From: Pristiophorus japonicus | Lineage: Eukaryota | Length of the DNA: 64,000 nt | Assembly (NCBI RefSeq): GCF_044704955.1 | Contig: NC_091982.1 | Coordinates: 131,998,001-132,062,000, forward strand | Direction: 5' to 3' | Part shown: piece after piece, positions 1-14,450 of the stretch | Layout of the letters: every line of letters begins with the position of its first letter | Position numbering within the stretch: position 1 is the first letter of the stretch | The notes under the pieces: model-generated | What the model saw: the letters and a program-made list of their open reading frames with translations, nothing else | Told to the model about the DNA's origin: nothing | Database searches by the model: none | Program-made: the position numbers and the translations under genes

Positions 1-3000
1 GATACAGAGTGGACACATTGTTCAGGTTTAGAGTGGCACATTGTTCAGGTACAGAGTAGACACAGTGTTCAGCTACAGTGTAGACACATTGTTGAGGTAC
101 TGAGTAGACACATTGTTCAGGTACAGAGTAGAAACATTTTTCAGATACAGAGTAGAAACATTGTTCAGGTACAGAGTTGACAATCTGTTCAGGTACAGAG
201 TAGACACAGTGTTCAGGTACACAGTAGACACATTGTTCAGGTACAGAGTAGGCACATTAATTAGGTACAGAGTGGACCCGGGGACCAGTTACAGTGTAGA
301 CACATTGTTTAGGTACAGAGTAGACACATTGTACAGTGTATATGTACGGAGTAGACACATTGTTTAGGTACAGAGTAGACACAGGGTTCAGGTACAGAGT
401 AGACACATTGTTCAGGTGCAGAGCAGACACATTGTTTAGGTACAGAGTAGACAGATTGTTCAGGATCAAAGTAGACACATTGTTCAGGTATCGAGTAGAC
501 ACAGTCTTCAGGTACATAGTAGACATATTGTTCAGGTACAGAGTAGACACATTGTTCAGGTACAGAGTAGACACATTGTTCAGGTACAGAGTAGACACAA
601 TGTTCAGGTACAGAGGAGACACATTGTTCAGGTACAGAGTAGACACAATGATCAGGCACAGAGTAGAAACAGTGTTCATTTACAGAGTAGACACAGTGTT
701 CAGGTGCAGTGTAGATACATTGTTGAGGTACAGAGTAGACACATTGTTCAGGTATAGAGTAGAAACATTTTTCAGATACAGAGTAGATACATTGTTCAAG
801 TACAGAGTAGAAACATTGTTCAGGTGCAGAGTAGAAAACTGTTCAGGTACAGAGTAGACACATTGTTTGGGTACAGAGTAGAGACATTGTTCAGGTTCAG
901 AGGAGAAACATTGTTCAGGTACAGAGTAGACACAGTGTTCAGGTACAGAGTATACACATTGTTCAGGTACAGAGTAGACACTATATTCAGGTACAGAGTA
1001 GACACATTTTTTGGGAACAGAGTAGACACATTGTTCAGGTACAGAGCAGATACATTCTTCAGGTACAGCGTAGACTCAGGGACCAGTTACAGTATAGACA
1101 CATTGTTCAGGTACAGTGTGGACACATTGTTCAGGTACAGAGTAGAAACATTATTCAGGTACATAGTAGGCACATTGTTCAGGTACAGAGTAGACACTAT
1201 ATTCAGGTACAGAGTAGACACATTTTTTGGGAACAGAGTAGACACATTGTTCAGGTACAGAGCAGATACATTCTTCAGGTACAGAGTAGACTTAGGGACC
1301 AGTTACAGTATAGACACATTGTTCAGGTACAGTGTGGACACATTGTTCAGGTACAGAGTAGAAACATTATTCAGGTACATAGTAGGCACATTGTTCAGAT
1401 ACAGAGTAGACACATTGTTTATGTACAGAGTAGAGAGAGTGTTCAGGTACACAGCAGATACATTGTTCAGATACAGAGTAGACACATTGTTCAGGTACAG
1501 AGTAGACACATTCTTTAGGTACAGAGTAGACTCAGGGACCAGTTACAGTGTAGACACATTGTTCAGGTACAGTGTGGACACATTGTTCAGGTAAAGAGTA
1601 GAAACATTTTTCAGGTGCATAGTAGGCACATTGTTTAGGTACAGAGTAGACACATTGTTTATGTACAGAGTAGACACATTGTTCAGGTACAGAGTGGACA
1701 CATTGTTCAGGTACAGAGTGGACACATTGTTCAGGTATAGTGGAGAAACATTTTTCAGATCCAGAGTGGAAACATTGTTCAGGTACAGAGTAGACAAACT
1801 GTTCAGGTACAGAGTAGACACATTGATTGTGTACAGAGTAGACACATTGTTCAGGTACAGAGGAGAAACATTGTTCAGGTACAGAGTTGACAATCTGTTC
1901 AGGTACAGAGTAGACACAGTGTTCAGGTACACAGTAGACACATTGTTCAGGTACAGAGTAGACACAATGTTCAGGTACAGAGTAGACACAATGTTCAGGT
2001 ACAGAGTAGACACATTGTTTAGGTACAGAGTAGACACATTGTTCAGGTACAGAGTAGACACATTGTTCAGGTACAGAGTAGAAGCTTTGTTTAGGTACAG
2101 AGTAGACACATTGTTCAGGTACAGAGTAGACACAATGTTCAGGTACAGAGTAGACACAATGTTCAGGTACAGAGTAGACACAATGTTCAGGTACAGAGTA
2201 GACACATTGTTCAGGTACAGAGTAGACACATTGTTCAGGTACAGAGTAGACACAATGTTCAGGTACAGAGTAGACACAATGTTCAGGTACAGAGTAGACA
2301 CATTGTTCAGGTACAGAGTAGACACATTGTTCAGGTACAGAGTAGACACAATGATCAGGAACAGAGTAGAAACTGTGTTCAGGTACAGAGTATACACAGT
2401 GTTCAGGTGCAGTGTAGACACATTGTTGAGGTACAGAGTAGACACATTGTTCAGGTATAGAGTAGAAACATTTTTCAGATACAGAGTAGATACATTGTTC
2501 AAGTACAGAGTAGAAACCTTGTTCAGGTACAGAGTAGACAAACTGTTCAGGTACAGAGTAGACACATTCCTCAGGTACAGAGTAGACACATTGTCTGTGT
2601 ACAGAGTAGACACATTTTCATGTACAGAGTAGACACATTGTTCAGGTGCAGTGTAGACACATTGTTGAGGTACAGAGTAGACACATTGTTCAGGTATAGA
2701 GTAGAAACATTTTTCAGATACAGAGCAGATACATTGTTCAAGTACAGAGTTGAAACATTGTTCAGGTACAGAGTAGAAAACTGTTCAGGTACAGAGTAGA
2801 CACATTTTTTGGGAGCAGAGTAGGCACATTGTTCAGGTACAGAGCAGATACATTGTTCAGGTACAGGGGCGACACATTGTTCAAGTACAGGGTAGACACA
2901 GTGTTCAGCTACAGAGTCGAAACATTGTTCAGGTACAGAGAAGACACATTGTTCAGGTACAGTGTAGACACAGAGTTCAGGTACAGAGTAGACACATTGT

Positions 3001-6000
3001 TTATGTACAGAGTAGAGAGAGTGTTCAGGTACAGAGTAAATACATTGTTCAGATACAGAGTGGACACATTGTTCAGGTTTAGAGTGGCACATTGTTCAGG
3101 TACAGAGTAGACACAGTGTTCAGCTACAGTGTAGACACATTGTTGAGGTACTGAGTAGACACATTGTTCAGGTACAGAGTAGAAACATTTTTCAGATACA
3201 GAGTAGAAACATTGTTCAGGTACAGAGTTGACAATCTGTTCAGGTACAGAGTAGACACAGTGTTCAGGTACACAGTAGACACATTGTTCAGGTACAGAGT
3301 AGGCACATTAATTAGGTACAGAGTGGACCCGGGGACCAGTTACAGTGTAGACACATTGTTTAGGTACAGAGTAGACACATTCTTTCGGTACAGAGTAGAA
3401 ACAGTGTCCATGTACAGAGTAGACACATTGTTCTGGTACAGAGTAGACACATTGTACAGTGTATATGTACAGAGTAGACACATTGTTTAGGTACAGAGTA
3501 GACACATTGTTGAGGTACAGAGTAGACACATTGTTCAGGTATAGAGTAGAAACATTTTTCAGATACAGAGCAGATACATTGTTCAAGTACAGAGTTGAAA
3601 CATTGTTCAGGTACAGAGTAGAAAACTGTTCAGGTACAGAGTAGACACATTTTCTGGGAGCAGAGTAGGCACATTGTTCAGGTACAGAGCAGATACATTG
3701 TTCAGGTACAGGGGCGACACATTGTTCAAGTACAGGGTAGACACAGTGTTCAGCTACAGAGTCGAAACATTGTTCAGGTACAGAGAAGACACATTGTTCA
3801 GGTACAGTGTAGACACAGAGTTTAGGTACAGAGTAGACACATTGTTTATGTACAGAGTAGAGAGAGTGTTCAGGTACAGAGTAAATACATTGTTCAGATA
3901 CAGAGTGGACACATTGTTCAGGTTTAGAGTGGCACATTGTTCAGGTACAGAGTAGACACAGTGTTCAGGTGCAGTGTAGACACATTGTTGAGGTACAGAG
4001 TAGACACATTGTTCAGGTATAGAGTAGAAACATTTTTCAGATACAGAGCAGATACATTGTTCAAGTACAGAGTTGAAACATTGTTCAGGTACAGAGTAGA
4101 AAACTGTTCAGGTACAGAGTAGACACATTTTTTGGGAGCAGAGTAGGCACATTGTTCAGGTACAGAGCAGATACATTGTTCAGGTACAGGGGCGACACAT
4201 TGTTCAAGTACAGGGTAGACACAGTGTTCCGCTACAGAGTCGAAACATTGTTCAGGTACAGAGAAGACACATGGTTCAGGTACAGTGTAGACACAGAGTT
4301 CAGGTACAGAGTAGACACATTGTTTATGTACAGAGTAGAGAGAGTGTTCAGGTACAGAGTAAATACATTGTTCAGATACAGAGTGGACACATTGTTCAGG
4401 TTTAGAGTGGCACATTGTTCAGGTACAGAGTAGACACAGTGTTCAGCTACAGTGTAGACACATTGTTGAGGTACTGAGTAGACACATTGTTCAGGTACAG
4501 AGTAGAAACATTTTTCAGATACAGAGTAGAAACATTGTTCAGGTACAGAGTTGACAATCTGTTCAGGTACAGAGTAGACACAGTGTTCAGGTACACAGTA
4601 GACACATTGTTCAGGTACAGAGTAGGCACATTAATTAGGTACAGAGTGGACCCGGGGACCAGTTACAGTGTAGACACATTGTTTAGGTACAGAGTAGACA
4701 CATTGTACAGTGTATATGTACGGAGTAGACACATTGTTTAGGTACAGAGTAGACACAGGGTTCAGGTACAGAGTAGACACATTGTTCAGGTGCAGAGCAG
4801 ACACATTGTTTAGGTACAGAGTAGACAGATTGTTCAGGATCAAAGTAGACACATTGTTCAGGTATCGAGTAGACACAGTCTTCAGGTACATAGTAGACAT
4901 ATTGTTCAGGTACAGAGTAGACACATTGTTCAGGTACAGAGTAGACACATTGTTCAGGTACAGAGTAGACACAATGTTCAGGTACAGAGGAGACACATTG
5001 TTCAGGTACAGAGTAGACACAATGATCAGGCACAGAGTAGAAACAGTGTTCATTTACAGAGTAGACACAGTGTTCAGGTGCAGTGTAGATACATTGTTGA
5101 GGTACAGAGTAGACACATTGTTCAGGTATAGAGTAGAAACATTTTTCAGATACAGAGTAGATACATTGTTCAAGTACAGAGTAGAAACATTGTTCAGGTG
5201 CAGAGTAGAAAACTGTTCAGGTACAGAGTAGACACATTGTTTGGGTACAGAGTAGAGACATTGTTCAGGTTCAGAGGAGAAACATTGTTCAGGTACAGAG
5301 TAGACACAGTGTTCAGGTACAGAGTATACACATTGTTCAGGTACAGAGTAGACACTATATTCAGGTACAGAGTAGACACATTTTTTGGGAACAGAGTAGA
5401 CACATTGTTCAGGTACAGAGCAGATACATTCTTCAGGTACAGCGTAGACTCAGGGACCAGTTACAGTATAGACACATTGTTCAGGTACAGTGTGGACACA
5501 TTGTTCAGGTACAGAGTAGAAACATTATTCAGGTACATAGTAGGCACATTGTTCAGGTACAGAGTAGACACTATATTCAGGTACAGAGTAGACACATTTT
5601 TTGGGAACAGAGTAGACACATTGTTCAGGTACAGAGCAGATACATTCTTCAGGTACAGAGTAGACTTAGGGACCAGTTACAGTATAGACACATTGTTCAG
5701 GTACAGTGTGGACACATTGTTCAGGTACAGAGTAGAAACATTATTCAGGTACATAGTAGGCACATTGTTCAGATACAGAGTAGACACATTGTTTATGTAC
5801 AGAGTAGAGAGAGTGTTCAGGTACACAGCAGATACATTGTTCAGATACAGAGTAGACACATTGTTCAGGTACAGAGTAGACACATTCTTTAGGTACAGAG
5901 TAGACTCAGGGACCAGTTACAGTGTAGACACATTGTTCAGGTACAGTGTGGACACATTGTTCAGGTAAAGAGTAGAAACATTTTTCAGGTGCATAGTAGG

Positions 6001-9000
6001 CACATTGTTTAGGTACAGAGTAGACACATTGTTTATGTACAGAGTAGACACATTGTTCAGGTACAGAGTGGACACATTGTTCAGGTACAGAGTGGACACA
6101 TTGTTCAGGTATAGTGGAGAAACATTTTTCAGATCCAGAGTGGAAACATTGTTCAGGTACAGAGTAGACAAACTGTTCAGGTACAGAGTAGACACATTGA
6201 TTGTGTACAGAGTAGACACATTGTTCAGGTACAGAGGAGAAACATTGTTCAGGTACAGAGTTGACAATCTGTTCAGGTACAGAGTAGACACAGTGTTCAG
6301 GTACACAGTAGACACATTGTTCAGGTACAGAGTAGACACAATGTTCAGGTACAGAGTAGACACAATGTTCAGGTACAGAGTAGACACATTGTTTAGGTAC
6401 AGAGTAGACACATTGTTCAGGTACAGAGTAGACACATTGTTCAGGTACAGAGTAGAAGCTTTGTTTAGGTACAGAGTAGACACATTGTTCAGGTACAGAG
6501 TAGACACAATGTTCAGGTACAGAGTAGACACAATGTTCAGGTACAGAGTAGACACAATGTTCAGGTACAGAGTAGACACATTGTTCAGGTACAGAGTAGA
6601 CACATTGTTCAGGTACAGAGTAGACACAATGTTCAGGTACAGAGTAGACACAATGTTCAGGTACAGAGTAGACACATTGTTCAGGTACAGAGTAGACACA
6701 TTGTTCAGGTACAGAGTAGACACAATGATCAGGAACAGAGTAGAAACTGTGTTCAGGTACAGAGTATACACAGTGTTCAGGTGCAGTGTAGACACATTGT
6801 TGAGGTACAGAGTAGACACATTGTTCAGGTATAGAGTAGAAACATTTTTCAGATACAGAGTAGATACATTGTTCAAGTACAGAGTAGAAACCTTGTTCAG
6901 GTACAGAGTAGACAAACTGTTCAGGTACAGAGTAGACACATTCCTCAGGTACAGAGTAGACACATTGTCTGTGTACAGAGTAGACACATTTTCATGTACA
7001 GAGTAGACACATTGTTCAGGTGCAGTGTAGACACATTGTTGAGGTACAGAGTAGACACATTGTTCAGGTATAGAGTAGAAACATTTTTCAGATACAGAGC
7101 AGATACATTGTTCAAGTACAGAGTTGAAACATTGTTCAGGTACAGAGTAGAAAACTGTTCAGGTACAGAGTAGACACATTTTTTGGGAGCAGAGTAGGCA
7201 CATTGTTCAGGTACAGAGCAGATACATTGTTCAGGTACAGGGGCGACACATTGTTCAAGTACAGGGTAGACACAGTGTTCAGCTACAGAGTCGAAACATT
7301 GTTCAGGTACAGAGAAGACACATTGTTCAGGTACAGTGTAGACACAGAGTTCAGGTACAGAGTAGACACATTGTTTATGTACAGAGTAGAGAGAGTGTTC
7401 AGGTACAGAGTAAATACATTGTTCAGATACAGAGTGGACACATTGTTCAGGTTTAGAGTGGCACATTGTTCAGGTACAGAGTAGACACAGTGTTCAGCTA
7501 CAGTGTAGACACATTGTTGAGGTACTGAGTAGACACATTGTTCAGGTACAGAGTAGAAACATTTTTCAGATACAGAGTAGAAACATTGTTCAGGTACAGA
7601 GTTGACAATCTGTTCAGGTACAGAGTAGACACAGTGTTCAGGTACACAGTAGACACATTGTTCAGGTACAGAGTAGGCACATTAATTAGGTACAGAGTGG
7701 ACCCGGGGACCAGTTACAGTGTAGACACATTGTTTAGGTACAGAGTAGACACATTCTTTCGGTACAGAGTAGAAACAGTGTCCATGTACAGAGTAGACAC
7801 ATTGTTCTGGTACAGAGTAGACACATTGTACAGTGTATATGTACAGAGTAGACACATTGTTTAGGTACAGAGTAGACACAGGGTTCAGGTACAGAGTAGA
7901 CACATTGTTCAGGTGCAGAGCAGACACACTGTTTAGGTACAGAGTAGACAGATTGTTCAGGATCAAAGTAGACACATTGTTCAGGTATCGAGTAGACACA
8001 GTCTTCAGGTACATAGTAGACATATTGTTCAGGTACAGAGTAGACACATTGTTCAGGTACAGAGTAGACACATTGTTCAGGTACAGAGTAGACACAATGT
8101 TCAGGTACAGAGGAGACACATTGTTCAGGTACAGAGTAGACACAATGATCAGGCACAGAGTAGAAACAGTGTTCATTTACAGAGTAGACACAGTGTTCAG
8201 GTGCAGTGTAGACACATTGTTGAGGTACAGAGTAGACACATTGTTCAGGTATAGAGTAGAAACATTTTTCAGATACAGAGTAGATACATTGTTCAAGTAC
8301 AGAGTAGATACATTGTTCAGGTGCAGAGTAGAAAACTGTTCAGGTACAGAGTAGACACATTGTTTGGGTACAGAGTAGAGACATTGTTCAGGTTCAGAGG
8401 AGAAACATTGTTCAGGTACAGAGTAGACACAGTGTTCAGGTACAGAGTATACACATTGTTCAGGTACAGAGTAGACACTATATTCAGGTACAGAGTAGAC
8501 ACATTTTTTGGGAACAGAGTAGACACATTGTTCAGGTACAGAGCAGATACATTCTTCAGGTACAGCGTAGACTCAGGGACCAGTTACAGTATAGACACAT
8601 TGTTCAGGTACAGTGTGGACACATTGTTCAGGTACAGAGTAGAAACATTATTCAGGTACATAGTAGGCACATTGTTCAGGTACAGAGTAGACACTATATT
8701 CAGGTACAGAGTAGACACATTTTTTGGGAACAGAGTAGACACATTGTTCAGGTACAGAGCAGATACATTCTTCAGGTACAGAGTAGACTCAGGGACCAGT
8801 TACAGTATAGACACATTGTTCAGGTACAGTGTGGACACATTGTTCAGGTACAGAGTAGAAACATTATTCAGGTACATAGTAGGCACATTGTTCAGATACA
8901 GAGTAGACACATTGTTTATGTACAGAGTAGAGAGAGTGTTCAGGTACACAGCAGATACATTGTTCAGATACAGAGTAGACACATTGTTCAGGTACAGAGT

Positions 9001-12000
9001 AGACACATTCTTTAGGTACAGAGTAGACTCAGGGACCAGTTACAGTGTAGACACATTGTTCAGGTACAGTGTGGACACATTGTTCAGGTAAAGAGTAGAA
9101 ACATTTTTCAGTAGCTTTGTAGGCACATTGTTTAGGTACAGAGTAGACACATTGTTTCTGTACAGAGTAGACACATTGTTCAGGTACAGAGTGGACACAT
9201 TGTTCAGGTACAGAGTGGACACATTGTTCAGGTATAGTGGAGAAACATTTTTCAGATCCAGAGTGGAAACATTGTTCAGGTACAGAGTAGACAAACTGTT
9301 CAGGTACAGAGTAGACACATTGATTGTGTACAGAGTAGACACATTGTTCAGGTACAGAGGAGAAACATTGTTCAGGTACAGAGTTGACAATCTGTTCAGG
9401 TACAGAGTAGACACAGTGTTCAGGTACACAGTAGACACATTGTTCAGGTAAAGAGTAGAAGCTTTGTTTAGGTACAGAGTAGACACATTGTTCAGGTACA
9501 GAGTAGACACATTGTTCAGGTACAGAGTAGACACATTGTTCAGGTACAGAGTAGAAGCTTTGTTTAGGTACAGAGTAGACACATTGTTCAGGTACAGAGT
9601 AGACACATTGTTCAGGTACAGAGTAGAAGCTTTGTTTAGGTACAGAGTAGACACATTGTTCAGGTACAGAGTAGACACAATGTTCAGGTACAGAGTAGAC
9701 ACAATGTTCAGGTACAGAGTAGACACAATGTTCAGGTACAGAGTAGACACATTGTTCAGGTACAGAGTAGACACATTGTTCAGGTACAGAGTAGACACAA
9801 TGTTCAGGTACAGAGTAGACACAATGTTCAGGTACAGAGTAGACACATTGTTCAGGTACAGAGTAGACACATTGTTCAGGTACAGAGTAGACACAATGAT
9901 CAGGCACAGAGTAGAAACTGTGTTCAGGTACAGAGTATACACAGTGTTCAGGTGCAGTGTAGACACATTGTTGAGGTACAGAGTAGACACATTGTTCAGG
10001 TATAGAGTAGAAACATTTTTCAGATACAGAGTAGATACATTGTTCAAGTACAGAGTAGAAACCTTGTTCAGGTACAGAGTAGACAAACTGTTCAGGTACA
10101 GATTAGACACATTCCTCAGGTACAGAGTAGACACATTGTCTGTGTACAGAGTAGACACATTTTCATGTACAGAGTAGACACATTGTTCAGGTGCAGTGTA
10201 GACACATTGTTGAGGTACAGAGTAGACACATTGTTCAGGTATAGAGTAGAAACATTTTTCAGATACAGAGCAGATACATTGTTCAAGTACAGAGTTGAAA
10301 CATTGTTCAGGTACAGAGTAGAAAACTGTTCAGGTACAGAGTAGACACATTTTTTGGGAGCAGAGTAGGCACATTGTTCAGGTACAGAGCAGATACATTG
10401 TTCAGGTACAGGGGCGACACATTGTTCAAGTACAGGGTAGACACAGTGTTCAGCTACAGAGTCGAAACATTGTTCAGGTACAGAGAAGACACATTGTTCA
10501 GGTACAGTGTAGACACAGAGTTCAGGTACAGAGTAGACACATTGTTTATGTACAGAGTAGAGAGAGTGTTCAGGTACAGAGTAAATACATTGTTCAGATA
10601 CAGAGTGGACACATTGTTCAGGTTTAGAGTGGCACATTGTTCAGGTACAGAGTAGACACAGTGTTCAGCTACAGTGTAGACACCTTGTTGAGGTACTGAG
10701 TAGACACATTGTTCAGGTACAGAGTAGAAACATTTTTCAGATACAGAGTAGAAACATTGTTCAGGTACAGAGTTGACAATCTGTTCAGGTACAGAGTAGA
10801 CACAGTGTTCAGGTACACAGTAGACACATTGTTCAGGTACAGAGTAGGCACATTAATTAGGTACAGAGTGGACCCGGGGACCAGTTACAGTGTAGACACA
10901 TTGTTTAGGTACAGAGTAGACACATTCTTTCGGTACAGAGTAGAAACAGTGTCCATGTACAGAGTAGACACATTGTTCTGGTACAGAGTAGACACATTGT
11001 ACAGTGTATATGTACAGAGTAGACACATTGTTTAGGTACAGAGTAGACACAGGGTTCAGGTACAGAGTAGACACATTGTTCAGGTGCAGAGCAGACACAC
11101 TGTTTAGGTACAGAGTAGACAGATTGTTCAGGATCAAAGTAGACACATTGTTCAGGTATCGAGTAGACACAGTCTTCAGGTACATAGTAGACATATTGTT
11201 CAGGTACAGAGTAGACACATTGTTCAGGTACAGAGTAGACACATTGTTCAGGTACAGAGTAGACACAATGTTCAGGTACAGAGGAGACACATTGTTCAGG
11301 TACAGAGTAGACACAATGATCAGGCACAGAGTAGAAACAGTGTTCATTTACAGAGTAGACACAGTGTTCAGGTGCAGTGTAGACACATTGTTGAGGTGCA
11401 GAGTAGACACATTGTTCAGGTATAGAGTAGAAACATTTTTCAGATACAGAGTAGATACATTGTTCAAGTACAGAGTAGAAACATTGTTCAGGTGCAGAGT
11501 AGAAAACTGTTCAGGTACAGAGTAGACACATTGTTTGGGTACAGAGTAGAGACATTGTTCAGGTTCAGAGGAGAAACATTGTTCAGGTACAGAGTAGACA
11601 CAGTGTTCAGGTACAGAGTATACACATTGTTCAGGTACAGAGTAGACACTATATTCAGGTACAGAGTAGACACATTTTTTGGGAACAGAGTAGACACATT
11701 GTTCAGGTACAGAGCAGATACATTCTTCAGGTACAGCGTAGACTCAGGGACCAGTTACAGTATAGACACATTGTTCAGGTACAGTGTGGACACATTGTTC
11801 AGGTACAGAGTAGAAACATTATTCAGGTACATAGTAGGCACATTGTTCAGGTACAGAGTAGACACTATATTCAGGTACAGAGTAGACACATTTTTTGGGA
11901 ACAGAGTAGACACATTGTTCAGGTACAGAGCAGATACATTCTTCAGGTACAGAGTAGACTCAGGGACCAGTTACAGTATAGACACATTGTTCAGGTACAG

Positions 12001-12630
12001 TGTGGACACATTGTTCAGGTACAGAGTAGAAACATTATTCAGGTACATAGTAGGCACATTGTTCAGATACAGAGTAGACACATTGTTTATGTACAGAGTA
12101 GAGAGAGTGTTCAGGTACACAGCAGATACATTGTTCAGATACAGAGTAGACACATTGTTCAGGTACAGAGTAGACACATTCTTTAGGTACAGAGTAGACT
12201 CAGGGACCAGTTACAGTGTAGACACATTGTTCAGGTACAGTGTGGACACATTGTTCAGGTAAAGAGTAGAAACATTTTTCAGTAGCTTTGTAGGCACATT
12301 GTTTAGGTACAGAGTAGACACATTGTTTATGTACAGAGTAGACACATTGTTCAGGTACAGAGTGGACACATTGTTCAGGTACAGAGTGGACACATTGTTC
12401 AGGTATAGTGGAGAAACATTTTTCAGATCCAGAGTGGAAACATTGTTCAGGTACAGAGTAGACAAACTGTTCAGGTACAGAGTAGACACATTGATTGTGT
12501 ACAGAGTAGACACATTGTTCAGGTACAGAAGAGAAACATTGTTCAGGTACAGAGTTGACAATCTGTTCAGGTACAGAGTAGACACAGTGTTCAGGTACAC
12601 AGTAGACACATTGTTCAGGTACAGAGTAGA
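1..12630. repeat. Higher-order repeat domain of the 24-mer: units of 3,051 bp (127 monomers) and 3,171 bp, with a 1,323-bp partial unit giving a 4,374-bp offset
   Basis: The same marker ORF recurs at 73, 3124, 4447, 7498 and 10669 (offsets 3051, 1323, 3051, 3171). Translations of 1-~3,500 and 4,375-~7,880 are identical. 3051 = 127x24 + 7 - 4, matching one 31-bp and four 23-bp monomers I counted. Confidence 0.92.
3490..4440. repeat. 478-bp tandem duplication (20 monomers) inside the 1,323-bp partial unit
   Basis: Near-identical ORFs at 3674 and 4152 (offset 478); shared markers GGGAGCAGAGTAGG and CAGGGGCGAC. Confidence 0.85.
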
Positions 12631-13149
12631 AGCTTTGTTTAGGTACAGAGTAGACACATTGTTCAGGTACAGAGTAGACACATTGTTCAGGTACAGAGTA
12701 GACACATTGTTCAGGTACAGAGTAGAAGCTTTGTTTAGGTACAGAGTAGACACATTGTTCAGGTACAGAGTAGACACATTGTTCAGGTACAGAGTAGACA
12801 CATTGTTCAGGTACAGAGTAGACATATTGTTCAGGTACAGAGTAGAAGCTTTGTTTAGGTACAGAGTAGACACATTGTTCAGGTACAGAGTAGACACATT
12901 GTTCAGGTACAGAGTAGACACATTGTTCAGGTACAGAGTAGAAGCTTTGTTTAGGTACAGAGCAGACACATTGTTCAGGTACAGAGTAGACACATTGTTC
13001 AGGTACAGAGTAGACACATTGTTCAGGTACAGAGTAGAAGCTTTGTTTAGGTACAGAGTAGACACATTGTTTAGGTACAGAGTAGAAGCTTTGTTTAGGT
13101 ACAGAGTAGACACATTGTTCAGGTACAGAGTAGACACATTGTTCAGGTA

Positions 13150-14450
13150 CAGAGTAGAAGCTTTGTTTAGGTACAGAGTAGACACATTGTTCAGGTACAG
13201 AGTAGACACATTGTTCAGGTACAGAGTAGACACATTGTTCAGGTACAGAGTAGAAGCTTTGTTTAGGTATAGAGTAGAAACAGTGTCCATGTACAGAGTA
13301 GACACATTGTTCTGGTCCAGAGTTGACACATTGTACAGTGTTTATGTACAGAGTAGACACAGGATTCAGGTACAGAATAGACACATTGTTCAGGTGTATA
13401 GCAGACACATTGTTTAGGTACAGAGTAGACAGATCGTTCAGGGTCAAAGTAGACACATTATTCAGGTGTAGATTAGACACTGTGTTCAGGTACAGAGTAG
13501 ACACTTTGTCCAGGTACAGAGCAGACACAATGTTCAGGTACAGAGTCGACACATTGTTCAGGTACAGAGTAGAAACAGTGTTCAGGTACAGAGTAGACAC
13601 AATGTTCAGGTACAGAGTAGACACAATGTTCAGGTACAGAGTAGACACATTGTTCAGGTACAGAGTAGACACAATGTTCAGGTACAGAGTAGACACAATG
13701 TTCAGGTACAGAGTAGACACATTGTTCAGGTACAGAGCAGATACATTCTTCAGGTACAGACTAGACACAATGATCAGGTACAGAGTAGAGACATTGTTCA
13801 GGTACATAGGAATAACATTGTTCAGGTACAGAGTAGACACAGTGTTCAGGTACAGAGTAGACACATTGTTCAGGTACAGAGTAGAAGCTTTGTTTAGGTA
13901 TAGAGTAGACACATTGTTCAGGTACAGAGTAGACACATTGTTCAGGTACAGAGTAGACACATTGTTCAGGTACAGAGTAGAAGCTTTGTTTAGGTATAGA
14001 GTAAAAACAGTGTCCATGTACAGAGTAGACACATTGTTCTGGTCTAGATTTGACACATTGTACAGTGTTTATGTACAGAGTAGACACAGGGTTCAGGTAC
14101 AGAGTAGACACATTGTTCAGGTGTATAGCAGACACATTGTTTAGGTACAGAGTAGACAGGTCGTTCAGGGTCAAAGTAGACACATTATTCAGGTGTAGAT
14201 TAGACACTGTGTTCAGGTACAGAGTAGACACTTTGTCCAGGTACAGAGCAGACACAATGTTCAGGTACAGAGTCGACACATTGTTCAGGTACAGAGTAGA
14301 AACAGTGTTCAGGTACAGAGTAGACACAATGTTCAGGTACAGAGTAGACACAATGTTCAGGTACAGAGTAGACACATTGTTCAGGTACAGAGTAGACACA
14401 ATGTTCAGGTACAGAGTAGACACAATGTTCAGGTACAGAGTAGACACATT
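13150..14450. repeat. 727-bp offset duplication within the 24-mer array
   Basis: ORFs starting MTHCTVFMYRVDTGF at 13323 and 14050; shared markers GTGTATAGCAG, TCGTTCAGGGTCAAAG and GTGTAGATTAG. Confidence 0.8.
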
